A DNA stretch of 64,000 bases, from contig JACPJU010000001.1 of NCBI GenBank assembly GCA_016187385.1, positions 722,262-786,261 on the forward strand, read 5' to 3'. The notes under the pieces were generated by a model. The model saw only the letters and a program-made list of their open reading frames with translations, made no database searches and had not been told where the DNA came from. The DNA is from Candidatus Aenigmatarchaeota archaeon (GTDB lineage: Archaea > Aenigmatarchaeota > Aenigmatarchaeia > CG10238-14 > SCSR01). This document shows, in pieces, positions 19,698 through 29,789 of this stretch; positions within the stretch are counted from its first letter, which is position 1; each line of letters starts with the position of its first letter. Both the position numbers and the translations under genes were made by a program.

Positions 19698-20852
19698 ATG
19701 ATTGTGGAAAGTTTTTTGCAGTCTGTCAAGGATAGGAATGAACCAGGATGGATGAACTCGAAAAGGTTGAACGCTTTTGTAAAATTTTCTCAGACGGGAA
19801 TGCCAAATCCCAAGGAAGAAGAATGGAAGTACACGGATGTTTCGAAAATTGAATTGAATAACCCGAAATTTGGTATTGTGGATATTGCGATAAAATCATC
19901 TTCGGATAAAGTGATTGCGTTGCCAATGAAAGAAGCAATTAAAAAATTTTCCGACATAATACAGAAGCATTTCTTAATATCTGACAGTGATAAATTCGTT
20001 TCTTTTGTACATTCTTTTTGGGACAATGGAATTTTTGTTTATGTACCTCAAGATGTAGACGGTGGGACTATTTATTCTTCTATCGGAAATTCAACTACAC
20101 CCACCTACTCACTTGTAATTCTTGAGAAAGGCAGCAAGCTTAATCTGGTTGAGGAAAATACGTCCAACGAAGACCAACATTTTAGCTCGAATGTGACTGA
20201 GATATCTGTGAAAGAAAGCGCAGAGCTTAATTATTTTCCGTATCAAAATCCGTCGAATGACTTATGTAATCTTCACTACAAGAGGGCGATTTTGGAAAGA
20301 GACGGCAAGATAAATTGGTTCGTTGGGATGTTCGGTTCCAAATTGTCACGATGGAAAATTGAGACTTTACTGAATGGCGAAAACGCAGAATGCCAAAAGC
20401 GTGGCATCATAATTGGAAATCACGATCAACATCATGACATGATAACAAAGACGTTTCACATGGTTCAGCATACAAAGGGCAATACTGAAGTCAAGGGAGT
20501 TTTGACTGACAATTCATTTTCTGTATATCGCGGTCTTGTTCGGATTGAAAAGAATGCCCAGCAGTCTGATGCTTACATGGGTTCTCACAATATTTTGCTC
20601 GGCGAGAAGGCCAAAGCCAACAGCATTCCTACATTGCAGATAGAAGCGAATGATGTAAAAGCTACACACGGTTCGAGTACGGGACATGTAGATGAAGAGA
20701 AGTTGTTTTATCTAATGACACGCGGTTTGGACAGGAATGAAGCAGAAAATGTTATCGTTGAAGGATTTGTCGGTTCTATACTGAATAAAATCACACTAGA
20801 AGACGTGAGGGAAAAGTTCAAGAGCATAATAATCGAAAAGTTGAGAAAATGA
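19698..20852 (+). CDS. sufD: Fe-S cluster assembly protein SufD
   Basis: SufB/D-family C-terminal region (GSHNILLGEKAKANSIPTLQIEANDVKATHG); operon position after sufB. Confidence 0.75.
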   Translation: MIVESFLQSVKDRNEPGWMNSKRLNAFVKFSQTGMPNPKEEEWKYTDVSKIELNNPKFGIVDIAIKSSSDKVIALPMKEAIKKFSDIIQKHFLISDSDKFVSFVHSFWDNGIFVYVPQDVDGGTIYSSIGNSTTPTYSLVILEKGSKLNLVEENTSNEDQHFSSNVTEISVKESAELNYFPYQNPSNDLCNLHYKRAILERDGKINWFVGMFGSKLSRWKIETLLNGENAECQKRGIIIGNHDQHHDMITKTFHMVQHTKGNTEVKGVLTDNSFSVYRGLVRIEKNAQQSDAYMGSHNILLGEKAKANSIPTLQIEANDVKATHGSSTGHVDEEKLFYLMTRGLDRNEAENVIVEGFVGSILNKITLEDVREKFKSIIIEKLRK

Positions 20853-22060
20853 ATGTAGAAAAAATCAGGGAAGATTTCCCCATCCTAAAAAGGAAAATAA
20901 ACAATCATCCACTTGTATTTCTAGACTCGGCTTCTACATCCCAGAAACCAGTGCAAGTAATCAATGCGATTAAAAACTATTACGAGATGAACAACGCAAA
21001 CCCTCACCGTTCTATATATCAATTGTGCGATGAAGCTACTCAGATGTACGAGGATGCCAGAAAGAAAGTTGTGAAATTCATAAATGCGAGAAATGATGAA
21101 GAGATAATTTTCGTGCGCAATACGAATGAAGCAATGAACATCATTGTCCAGTCTTATGCGATGGATAATTTGAAGGAAGGCGATGAAGTGCTTTTAACGG
21201 TGATGGAACATCATGCAAACATTGTGCCGTGGCAGATGCTTCAGAAAAAAGGTGTGAAGATAAAGTTTGTTGACATTAAAGACGATGGTACTCTTGATAT
21301 GGATAAATTGAAAGATATGATGAGCAAGAATACAAAAATCGTTTCTGTCACGCACAAGTCGAATGTTTTGGGTAGCTTGAATCCTATTAATGAGATTGGA
21401 AAGATTTCGCATGATAATGGAAGTTTATTCGTAGTAGATGGTGCTCAATCTGTTCCTAACATGCAAGTTGATGTGAACAATATTAATTGTGATTTTCTTG
21501 CCTTCAGTGGACACAAGATGTTAGCGCCTATGAATATCGGAGTATTGTACGGCAAGAAAGAGATTCTGGAAAGAATGGAACCTTTCATGCGCGGTAGTGA
21601 CATGATAAAAGAAGTCCAGTTGACTGAATCTACATGGAATGATTTACCTTGGAAGTTCGAAGCGGGTACGCCTAATGTTGAAGGTGCTGTTGGTCTGTCA
21701 ACGGCTATTGATTATCTGGAGAAAATCGGATTAGACAACGTAGAAAAACACGAAGAAGATTTGACAAAACACGCTTTGGAAAGATTAAGAGACGTTGAAG
21801 GCGTCAAAATTCTGAGCGCAAAGAACGGCAATGGAATGGTTTCGTTTCACCTTTCTGGGGTACATTCGCATGATATCGCGTATATACTGAATGATTCTGG
21901 CATAGCAATCCGCTCTGGACATATGTGCGCGCAGCCTCTCATGAGAAGACTTGGTGTTCAATCTGTTGCAAGAGCCAGTTTCTATCTTTACAATACAAAA
22001 GAAGAGATTGACAAATTTGTTGATTCATTGGAAAATGTGAAGAAGGTGTTTAAGAAATGA
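20849..22060 (+). CDS. sufS: Cysteine desulfurase SufS (class V aminotransferase)
   Basis: PLP-lysine motif FSGHKM; catalytic Cys in RSGHMCAQP; 4-nt overlap with sufD. Confidence 0.9.
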   Translation: MNVEKIREDFPILKRKINNHPLVFLDSASTSQKPVQVINAIKNYYEMNNANPHRSIYQLCDEATQMYEDARKKVVKFINARNDEEIIFVRNTNEAMNIIVQSYAMDNLKEGDEVLLTVMEHHANIVPWQMLQKKGVKIKFVDIKDDGTLDMDKLKDMMSKNTKIVSVTHKSNVLGSLNPINEIGKISHDNGSLFVVDGAQSVPNMQVDVNNINCDFLAFSGHKMLAPMNIGVLYGKKEILERMEPFMRGSDMIKEVQLTESTWNDLPWKFEAGTPNVEGAVGLSTAIDYLEKIGLDNVEKHEEDLTKHALERLRDVEGVKILSAKNGNGMVSFHLSGVHSHDIAYILNDSGIAIRSGHMCAQPLMRRLGVQSVARASFYLYNTKEEIDKFVDSLENVKKVFKK

Positions 22061-22449
22061 GTTTGGAAATCTATCATGAAACTATACTGGCACATTACAA
22101 CAATCCCGGTAATTCTGGTGTTATATCTGACGCTGATGTAATATCCAAAGACAACAATCCCGTATGCGGGGATGTTGTAGAAATTCAAGTCAAGTTTAAT
22201 GGCGAAAGAATAGATGAGATTAAATTCCAAGGACAAGGATGTGCAATCAGCTTGGCAAGTGTAGATATTTTGATAGATGCGATTAAAGGAAAAACTGTCG
22301 ATCAAATAAAAAATTTTCGACAAGAAGATTTCCTGAAGTTATTGGGGATAGAGATTTCTCCTTTAAGGTTGAAATGCGCACTGTTAGGATTGAAGGTTCT
22401 AAAGACAGGAGTCTACAGCTATTTGGATAACAATACAGAATCAACCTGA
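22057..22449 (+). CDS. sufU: SufU/IscU-like Fe-S scaffold or sulfur acceptor
   Basis: NifU-N-like with three Cys (NPVCGD, GQGCAIS, LKCALL); 4-nt overlap with sufS. Confidence 0.75.
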   Translation: MSLEIYHETILAHYNNPGNSGVISDADVISKDNNPVCGDVVEIQVKFNGERIDEIKFQGQGCAISLASVDILIDAIKGKTVDQIKNFRQEDFLKLLGIEISPLRLKCALLGLKVLKTGVYSYLDNNTEST

Positions 22450-22869
22450 TATTTTAAATGGTTCAGGGAATTCAATCCTTATCTCTACGCCTGGATGCAC
22501 ACTTATTTTTGCATAGTGTGAACCTGTATATCGCTGCGTACCAACTTCAATATCTGAATACACTACTAATGAACTGCCTCTGCTTCTCGGTCGAAGGGTT
22601 GCCGATAAATAAGTTTCTGGGGATTCGGCAGGATACGTGTAAGATATTTCTTCCATACTATTAACATCTATTCTTGCTGGACCATTAATAAAACGCAAAG
22701 CTAGCCCTTTTATCTCATCTACGCCATTCGATCTGCCGGTTAATTTTACAGTAAATGGACCTGAGTATCTCGATATTATGTTAAGTTTTCCGTGTAATGT
22801 GGGTGGTACTTGCGTAGTTACATATTGCTGTGATTTGGATGGTGCATATGGGACTTCCGCATCTGCCAT
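22441..22869 (-). CDS. Hypothetical protein
   Basis: 142-aa ORF convergent with the suf operon; no motif recognised. Confidence 0.3.
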   Translation of the reverse strand: MADAEVPYAPSKSQQYVTTQVPPTLHGKLNIISRYSGPFTVKLTGRSNGVDEIKGLALRFINGPARIDVNSMEEISYTYPAESPETYLSATLRPRSRGSSLVVYSDIEVGTQRYTGSHYAKISVHPGVEIRIEFPEPFKISG

Positions 22870-22900
22870 AATTTATATTGCGAATAAACATATAAATTTC

Positions 22901-23320
22901 ATGAAAAAGGTCTTTCAAAGCACAATACCTTTAATTATTGTCTTATCTATAGTTGTGCTAGTTGTTTTACTGGAAAAACAGACGGTGAAAGAACCAAGCC
23001 CTACTTTTGCCATAGAAACTGTTTCTTCCACATGCATGTCAGAACCTCATGACTTGGAAATAAGTGCAGAAGGAAAATCCATTGTTATAACAGCGCCATT
23101 ATTCACGCCAAATCCATGCTATTCTGTCACTGGGGATGTCAGATTTAATGGCAGGAATGTGGATGTAGATCTAACTCCAGTTTATCGCGGAGGTGTTTGC
23201 ATTCAATGTCTTGGCGAGGTTACAGGGAAAGTTGTAATACAGAACTTGAGCGCAGGCAGTTACAATGTTAAAGTCACGACAACTAATGGACTTGCAACGA
23301 CTATTGTAAGAATCGAATAA
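22901..23320 (+). CDS. Signal-anchored hypothetical protein (start trimmed to internal ATG at 22901)
   Basis: MKKVFQSTIPLIIVLSIVVLVVLL transmembrane anchor; the longer upstream ORF overlaps the convergent gene and looks spurious. Confidence 0.4.
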   Translation: MKKVFQSTIPLIIVLSIVVLVVLLEKQTVKEPSPTFAIETVSSTCMSEPHDLEISAEGKSIVITAPLFTPNPCYSVTGDVRFNGRNVDVDLTPVYRGGVCIQCLGEVTGKVVIQNLSAGSYNVKVTTTNGLATTIVRIE

Positions 23321-23321
23321 A

Positions 23322-24560
23322 TCATCTCATCTGTAACTTCTCCAAAAATTCTTTACCATAGACCCTTTCAAGATACTTAGCTGCTCTATTACCGAGTTTT
23401 TCATTCCAATATGTTTCGACGTCTCTTTTGACTACTGGGTTTTCATTCAAAAATCCGAGGACATAGAGTTCCATAGACGGTATTGTACTCAACGATAACG
23501 TATAACCACCACCCATTGCGCGATCTCTGAAACTTATAGAGTCACTCGTTAACCTGAGTCTTAGCATATCTTCAATGTCCCTTAACAAATATTCTGAAAC
23601 ATCATTGATCCTTGTCAGCGCTTTTCCCGTGTCAAATGCAGCAGTAGATGCCAAGAAATACTTGAGAAATTCATCTTGCAATTCTCTGCTGATATTTTTA
23701 ATTGTATCGGAAAGACCGGTTTCTCTTCTTTCTTCTCGACTTTTCGGGAAATGATGAACACTTGAAAGATATGTGCGCAAAGCTTTTGAACTGTAGTTCA
23801 GATGTATAGTATCGTAATCACTACTGCTAATCGTAGATCTGGAAGTGACTATTCGTATATCACGATCGGGCAAGAAATTAAATGCATATTCAAATATTCG
23901 CCTCACAGAATTTCTATAAAAATCCAAATTTCTTTTTCTAGTCGTAAGGAGTAAACTACCGCCATTACTCATACTTCCATTTCCGTATATTACTCCGAGT
24001 GCTGCTGATGTCGCTTTATCTATATTTTTTGGTATGTAAATCCCGCTTCTTATGTCATCATCACTAAAGTCAATACCTGGAAGAGCTGTTTTTGGATTAG
24101 ATGCTGTTACTTGTAGAAAAACCAAATATTCGCTAATACCACCAGCTATTTGTCGAAGTTTCATACCATATTGTATCACTTGTCTTTGAGTGATGTCTGA
24201 AATTCTAAGTATGTTTGAAGCTGATGCTAAGAAAGGCCTATCACCTCTTGGTCCCTTCGATGCTGAAGCTTGAGCTAACAGAGATGCATTTGCATTGAAT
24301 CTGGGATATACAGTAATCTTTGACTTAGGACCATATATTGTCTCTGCTTCCTCTATAGGGAGACCATTGTTCCTTTTCAATCTTCTTCTTGCTTCATCGG
24401 TTGTTATTCTAAGACCCTCAGAAATAACATCTGCCCATAAATTTTCTCTTTCTGTTCTGCTTAATTTCCAATAACCTGCTCTTTCTATTATTGGATGTAT
24501 TTTCATGGATTTTATACCTCCATTAATCTTCTTAAAATAATATAAATTTAATAGCGTCAT
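23322..24560 (-). CDS. Hypothetical protein (412 aa) with two weak LAGLIDADG-like motifs
   Basis: Long ORF; IAGGISEYLVF and LGVIYGNGSMSNGG faintly resemble LAGLIDADG motifs; unverified. Confidence 0.4.
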   Translation of the reverse strand: MTLLNLYYFKKINGGIKSMKIHPIIERAGYWKLSRTERENLWADVISEGLRITTDEARRRLKRNNGLPIEEAETIYGPKSKITVYPRFNANASLLAQASASKGPRGDRPFLASASNILRISDITQRQVIQYGMKLRQIAGGISEYLVFLQVTASNPKTALPGIDFSDDDIRSGIYIPKNIDKATSAALGVIYGNGSMSNGGSLLLTTRKRNLDFYRNSVRRIFEYAFNFLPDRDIRIVTSRSTISSSDYDTIHLNYSSKALRTYLSSVHHFPKSREERRETGLSDTIKNISRELQDEFLKYFLASTAAFDTGKALTRINDVSEYLLRDIEDMLRLRLTSDSISFRDRAMGGGYTLSLSTIPSMELYVLGFLNENPVVKRDVETYWNEKLGNRAAKYLERVYGKEFLEKLQMR

Positions 24561-24565
24561 TTCAA

Positions 24566-26335
24566 ATGACCAATGTGGGATATATAGACTGGATTCTTGA
24601 GCAGGTGAAATTAACCAAGCCTAGTGCTGTTTACTGGGTTGACGGTTCGCGTGAAGACTTGGAAAGACTGATTGGCATTGGTATGAATACGGAAAAAATC
24701 GACAACAATCCCGTTTTTGTAAAATTGAACGATGATGTTTTCCCCAATTCCCTTCTCCACAGATCTCATCCGTCTGACGTTGCGAGAACAGAACATTTGA
24801 CTTATGTCTGCCTTCCGAAAAAGGAAGACGCAGGTCCGAACAACAATTGGATGCCACCGGAAGAAGCGAAAGAAATGATGAGCAAACTTTTCAATGGATG
24901 CATGCAGGGGAGAACAATGTACGTCATTCCTTATCTGCTGGGGCACCCTGATTCGCCGCATTCTAAAGTTTGTGTTCAGATTACAGACTCTGTTTATGTT
25001 GCGGTCAGCATGTGCATAATGACCAGAGTAGGAAAGGAAGCCCGTGAAAGAATAGGAGATTCGAATAACTTTGTCAAAGGAATTCACTCTCTTGGAGAAT
25101 TGGATCCTCAGAGAAGATGGATAATGCATTTCCCGCATGAGAATCTTGTTATGAGCTTTGGCTCTGGTTATGGCGGCAACGCATTGCTCAGCAAGAAATG
25201 TTTTTCCTTGAGAATAGCATCATATCTAGGACATGCGGAAGGCTGGCTCGCTGAACACATGATAATCATCGGTGTGGAAGATCCTGCAGGAAACATGACA
25301 TACTTCTTGGGCGCTTTCCCGTCCGCATGCGGAAAAACTAATCTGGCTCTGATAACTCCGCCTATGGCAGGCTACAAGGTGCATGTCTTGGGCGATGACA
25401 TAGCATGGATACATGTTGGTGATGACGGGAGATTGTATGCTGTAAACCCAGAGACGGGATTCTTTGGTGTTGCTCCAGGGACTTCATACAAGACAAATCC
25501 CAAAATGATGGACACATTAAAGAATGATAGATTTCAGCCTACTTTGTTCACTAATGTCGCATTGGATTCTGACAATAATTCACCTTGGTGGGAAGGATTG
25601 GGCGAACGTCCGAAAAATCTTGTTGACTGGCAGGGAAATCCGTATGATTCCACATCAGGCAAAACAGCGGCGCATCCAAATTCAAGATTCACCGTGTCGA
25701 TATACAACTGCCCTACAATTTCCAAGGAATTCGACAATCCAGTTGGCGTGCCTATCTCAGGGATAATTTTCGGCATAAGAAGAACAAATACAATTCCATT
25801 AGTGCGTGAAAGCTTTGACTGGGATCATGGTGTGTTTCTCTCTTCTATAATGGGGTCTGAAACAACTGCAGCAGCGTCCAGTCAGTCAGGTATTGTCAGA
25901 AGAGATCCTATGGCCATGGTGCCTTTTTGCGGATACAACATGGCTGATTACTTTCGGCATTGGCTGGAATTCAAAACAAGAATAAAGCATATGCCGAAGA
26001 TATTCATGGTGAACTGGTTCATGAAGGATGACAAAGGGAATTTTCTATGGCCCGGATTCGGAGAAAACTTTAGGATTTTGAAATGGATGATGGACAGGAT
26101 TAGCAACAAGGTTTCTGCTGTCGAAACCCCTCTGGGAGTGATGCCGGATTTGAATGATTTGGATTTGTCGGGATTGAATATAAAAGAAGAAAATCTGGGA
26201 AGGCTATTTGAAATAAACAAGGAAGAATGGAAAAATGAGATTGATGACATAGAAAAGTTTTATGCGCAGTTTGGCGAGAGAATCCCAGTAGAATTGAAAA
26301 ATTATCTGAAGAAATTGAAGGATGATGTTTCATGA
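24566..26335 (+). CDS. pckG: Phosphoenolpyruvate carboxykinase (GTP)
   Basis: FPSACGKTNLA kinase-1a motif; GTP-PEPCK family length (589 aa) and conserved blocks. Confidence 0.9.
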   Translation: MTNVGYIDWILEQVKLTKPSAVYWVDGSREDLERLIGIGMNTEKIDNNPVFVKLNDDVFPNSLLHRSHPSDVARTEHLTYVCLPKKEDAGPNNNWMPPEEAKEMMSKLFNGCMQGRTMYVIPYLLGHPDSPHSKVCVQITDSVYVAVSMCIMTRVGKEARERIGDSNNFVKGIHSLGELDPQRRWIMHFPHENLVMSFGSGYGGNALLSKKCFSLRIASYLGHAEGWLAEHMIIIGVEDPAGNMTYFLGAFPSACGKTNLALITPPMAGYKVHVLGDDIAWIHVGDDGRLYAVNPETGFFGVAPGTSYKTNPKMMDTLKNDRFQPTLFTNVALDSDNNSPWWEGLGERPKNLVDWQGNPYDSTSGKTAAHPNSRFTVSIYNCPTISKEFDNPVGVPISGIIFGIRRTNTIPLVRESFDWDHGVFLSSIMGSETTAAASSQSGIVRRDPMAMVPFCGYNMADYFRHWLEFKTRIKHMPKIFMVNWFMKDDKGNFLWPGFGENFRILKWMMDRISNKVSAVETPLGVMPDLNDLDLSGLNIKEENLGRLFEINKEEWKNEIDDIEKFYAQFGERIPVELKNYLKKLKDDVS

Positions 26336-27525
26336 GATTATCGAAAAGAACAAATAATATTTCACCGTCGCCGACACTGTCAATAACGGCGAAAGCAAAG
26401 AAAATGCAGGCCGAAGGCATGAATGTGATTTCGTTTGGTGCAGGAGAACCTGATTTCGATACGCCTCAAAATATCAAGAATGCCGCCAAAATGGCATTGG
26501 ACAAAGGATTTACAAAGTACACACCAACATCTGGGATTACAGAATTGAAGAGGGCTATCGCAGAGAAATTCAAAAACGACAATGGCCTTGATTATTCATT
26601 AGACGAGATAATAGTCTCATGCGGTGCGAAACATTCCATATTCAATGTTGTCGCTTCTCTGGTTGACGAAGGTGACGAAGTTATCATCCCTAGTCCATAC
26701 TGGGTCAGTTATGCGGAAATGGTGAAGCTTTTTGGAGGTATTTGTAAGTTCATTCATACTGACGAATCCACCAATTTTAAAATTACATCAAAACAATTGA
26801 AGGGTGCGATAACTCCAAGAACAAAATTGGTGATATTGAACTCTCCTTCAAATCCTACAGGCATGGTATATGACAAGGATGAATTAAAAGCAATAGCAGA
26901 CGTGATTGTTGAAAGTGATGTTTATTGCATATCTGACGAAATCTACGAGAAATTAATCTATGATGGCAAGGGACATGTAAGCATTGCTTCTCTTGGAGAT
27001 GAGATAAAGGAAAGGACAATAGTTGTGAACGGAGTTTCCAAGACGTATTCGATGACAGGTTTCAGAATTGGATATCTTGCAGGTCCGAAGGAGATTGTAA
27101 GTGCCATGTCCAATATCCAGGATCATTCCACGTCAAATCCTGCTTCCATATCACAGTATGCCGCGCTTGAAGCCTTGAGGGGACCTACAGAAGAATTGGA
27201 TAGGATGACTGCGGAATTCAAGAAAAGAAGGAACTATATGGTTGAACGGATAAACTCGATTAAATATCTTTCGACGATAAAACCTGACGGAGCATTCTAC
27301 TGCTGGATAAATGTGAAAAATTTGAAAGGCAAGAAATTTGACGGAAATGAGATTAGAGATTCATTGAAATTAACAGAATTGTTGCTGGAAGATGCTAAAG
27401 TTGCTGTTGTGCCAGGAGTTGCTTTTGGTGATGACGATTATATAAGAATGTCGTATGCGACGTCCATGGAAAATATAGAAGAAGGATTAAATAGAATAGA
27501 AGATTTTGTTGACAAACTTGAGTAA
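26332..27525 (+). CDS. aspC: Aspartate/aromatic aminotransferase (class I PLP)
   Basis: Class I aminotransferase blocks (NPTG, SKTYSMTGFRIGY PLP-Lys region); 4-nt overlap with pckG. Confidence 0.85.
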   Translation: MRLSKRTNNISPSPTLSITAKAKKMQAEGMNVISFGAGEPDFDTPQNIKNAAKMALDKGFTKYTPTSGITELKRAIAEKFKNDNGLDYSLDEIIVSCGAKHSIFNVVASLVDEGDEVIIPSPYWVSYAEMVKLFGGICKFIHTDESTNFKITSKQLKGAITPRTKLVILNSPSNPTGMVYDKDELKAIADVIVESDVYCISDEIYEKLIYDGKGHVSIASLGDEIKERTIVVNGVSKTYSMTGFRIGYLAGPKEIVSAMSNIQDHSTSNPASISQYAALEALRGPTEELDRMTAEFKKRRNYMVERINSIKYLSTIKPDGAFYCWINVKNLKGKKFDGNEIRDSLKLTELLLEDAKVAVVPGVAFGDDDYIRMSYATSMENIEEGLNRIEDFVDKLE

Positions 27526-27629
27526 ATGCATGGGGAGTAAGATAACCGATTAATTCTGTGCTCGTTTACCATCATTTGAATGTCATGTAGCAAATTGAGT
27601 ATATAAAGATGGTTCAGAGATAATTTATT

Positions 27630-28031
27630 ATGATTCGCTATATAATAACGATGGTAATCGCAGGGTTGATAGTTACTTTTCTTGTTTACCCCGATAGTTT
27701 TGATATTGTTAAAGCTAACATTGATGGTATGGTATCAAAAATAGTTAATACAGCTGGCGATTATGATTCGATAAAAAATATTTCACAAAATCCGCAGGAC
27801 TATGTCAACAAGCATGTAATTGTAAAGGGTGAGTTACAACAAAGACTTGGGGGACCAAGTATAGCTAGTGGTGACGATTATTGGATTTGGTTGGATGATA
27901 CGTCATGTATAGAAAGACAGAGAGACTATAAATATGGTAATTCGTATGTTGCAGAAGGTAAAATAGGTGGTGAATTTAGACCTGTTCTTGGACCAGAATA
28001 TTTCATAGTTTGTTCAAGCCCATTAAGATAA
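27630..28031 (+). CDS. Signal-anchored hypothetical protein
   Basis: N-terminal transmembrane helix; no domain recognised. Confidence 0.35.
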   Translation: MIRYIITMVIAGLIVTFLVYPDSFDIVKANIDGMVSKIVNTAGDYDSIKNISQNPQDYVNKHVIVKGELQQRLGGPSIASGDDYWIWLDDTSCIERQRDYKYGNSYVAEGKIGGEFRPVLGPEYFIVCSSPLR

Positions 28032-28148
28032 GGATGATAAATGTTGGGTTATTTTTCAAGGTAAAGACATTATAAAGAGGAATGAAGAGTATGGATAAAG
28101 TATTAAAATTTGCTCTCCTTCTAATCGTAATATCTGTTCTTATGGGAG

Positions 28149-29075
28149 TTATTTTTTATCTTGTGACTTCACTTCTTTAAATGTATCCTCTTTTCTTAAT
28201 GTAAACCACTGTCCGATAAGTATGCCCATTACAACACCGAACATACCTGAACTAAGATAATTTACTATATTTTTTTCTCGTTGTTTTTCTAAATCAATAA
28301 AATCGGCTTGAAATAATGTAGCACCTTTAGTGCTCCATGAAATTTCATAACCATCACGTCCGTTATCTGTTATACTTGTTGGTTGAGGGTATAAACGGTC
28401 TGGATCAATTTCATATTTATCTCGAGGAATCTTTATGATAAATTTCAATTCATTTGGCAATGCCAAATTCACACAACCAAGTTCGAAACCCAATTCTTTA
28501 CAATAGTTGGCAATTATAGGTAATTCATTTGTAGTCACAAAAGTTTTGAATCTCAATATATCAGGAGATATTCTATATAATACACTATCTGATTCCAGTA
28601 CAAATTGATAAAATTCACTTTGGTAATCTTCGAAAGCAGCAACCAAAATATAAGGTTTGTCATCATCTATGAAGACGGTGCTATTTTGACACGTCGCTGG
28701 AAACTCAATTATTTCTGAAAGTCTACCTTCTGTTATCCTCGGATTGAAATTCTTTTTGCATACACCACTCACATCTTTTAAATTAAATGGGAATGTTGCT
28801 ATGTAACCGAAAGGTAATTCTGGGCCGTTTGTATTTAATTTACACCCAAAGAAGAAATTCCCATTGGTTTCATTAGTGAATGTACTAGCGTAAAAACTAC
28901 ATGTTTCAAATCTATAACCTTTCTCATAAGAAATTGCATCTAGATATACACCGAAAGTGCTTGGGGTCTTCTTATCATCAAATGAAATATTATATTTCAA
29001 AAACGCGAAAATAGAGACAGCTAATAGAATACTTAAAATGGAAAGTTTCATAAGATTTGATTTTATCAATTTCAA
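28149..29075 (-). CDS. Secreted hypothetical protein with a C-terminal transmembrane anchor
   Basis: Signal peptide, Cys pairs, C-terminal hydrophobic helix followed by a KK-rich tail. Confidence 0.4.
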   Translation of the reverse strand: MKLIKSNLMKLSILSILLAVSIFAFLKYNISFDDKKTPSTFGVYLDAISYEKGYRFETCSFYASTFTNETNGNFFFGCKLNTNGPELPFGYIATFPFNLKDVSGVCKKNFNPRITEGRLSEIIEFPATCQNSTVFIDDDKPYILVAAFEDYQSEFYQFVLESDSVLYRISPDILRFKTFVTTNELPIIANYCKELGFELGCVNLALPNELKFIIKIPRDKYEIDPDRLYPQPTSITDNGRDGYEISWSTKGATLFQADFIDLEKQREKNIVNYLSSGMFGVVMGILIGQWFTLRKEDTFKEVKSQDKK

Positions 29076-29096
29076 TGCACCGAATTATCTGTTGGA

Positions 29097-29195
29097 TGCA
29101 GGGGGAGAGATTTGAACTCTCGAAGGCACTAAGCCATCGGGTTTCCTCTATAAAACCTAAGCCCGACGCAATTGACCAGACTATGCGACCCCTGC
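29097..29195 (-). tRNA. tRNA-Leu(TAG) with ~13-nt intron and long variable arm
   Basis: Acceptor GCAGGGG/CCCCTGC, anticodon stem TCGGG/CCCGA, loop CTTAGG + intron, long variable arm, T-arm GAGAGTTCAAATCTCTC. Confidence 0.75.
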
Positions 29196-29229
29196 AAAGC
29201 ACATATACGACCCTGCTTATAAATACTAT

Positions 29230-29682
29230 ATGGAACTTAAATTCCTTATACCAATCGCAATTGTTGTGGTTGTACTAATTCTAATGAACAAACCAACCAA
29301 ATATTCCAAGGTGACTATAGGAGATGTGGAAATCAAAACCGAGATTGCGGATACACCACTTAAACAAATGAAGGGATTGATGTTCAGGAAACATCTGCCT
29401 GAGAACGAAGGCATGCTGTTTGTTTTCGGTGGTGAAGACTATCGCGGGATTTGGATGATGAACACAAGCATACCTCTGGACATAATCTGGATTAATGGAA
29501 ACATGGAAATAGTCCACATAGAGAAGAACGTGCAACCGTGCGGTATTTTCTGTCCTGTATACCAACCCGATAAAAAAGCCAAGTATGTCCTGGAAGTCAA
29601 TGCGGGTTTTGTCGAGAAGAACGATATAGATGTCGACCATTTTGTGGAAATTCATCCGAAAGAACTAAATACCCAGATCTGA
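29230..29682 (+). CDS. DUF192-family protein (COG1430-like)
   Basis: MKGLMFRK...EGMLFVF...PLDIIWI pattern typical of DUF192. Confidence 0.55.
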   Translation: MELKFLIPIAIVVVVLILMNKPTKYSKVTIGDVEIKTEIADTPLKQMKGLMFRKHLPENEGMLFVFGGEDYRGIWMMNTSIPLDIIWINGNMEIVHIEKNVQPCGIFCPVYQPDKKAKYVLEVNAGFVEKNDIDVDHFVEIHPKELNTQI

Positions 29683-29789
29683 CTTTTTGAACTTTACCCT
29701 TTTCATTACTTTCTGATACAGCTTCTCCAATTCAGGTTCTCTGAATTTCACTTCTTTCATAAAAAATATATAGTTAGGAGATATTAAGG

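Noticed and set aside
22778-22900. Upstream part of ORF 22778-23320 and its overlap with convergent ORF 22441-22869
   Set aside because: The region before the internal Met at 22901 encodes a Cys-rich non-hydrophobic stretch preceding an obvious signal anchor; the start was trimmed.
24611-26420. Several minus-strand track ORFs (24611-25138, 24621-24857, 25226-25414, 25534-25776, 25948-26250, 26100-26420) opposite pckG
   Set aside because: All are antisense to a highly conserved PEPCK gene and have no recognisable motifs; spurious.
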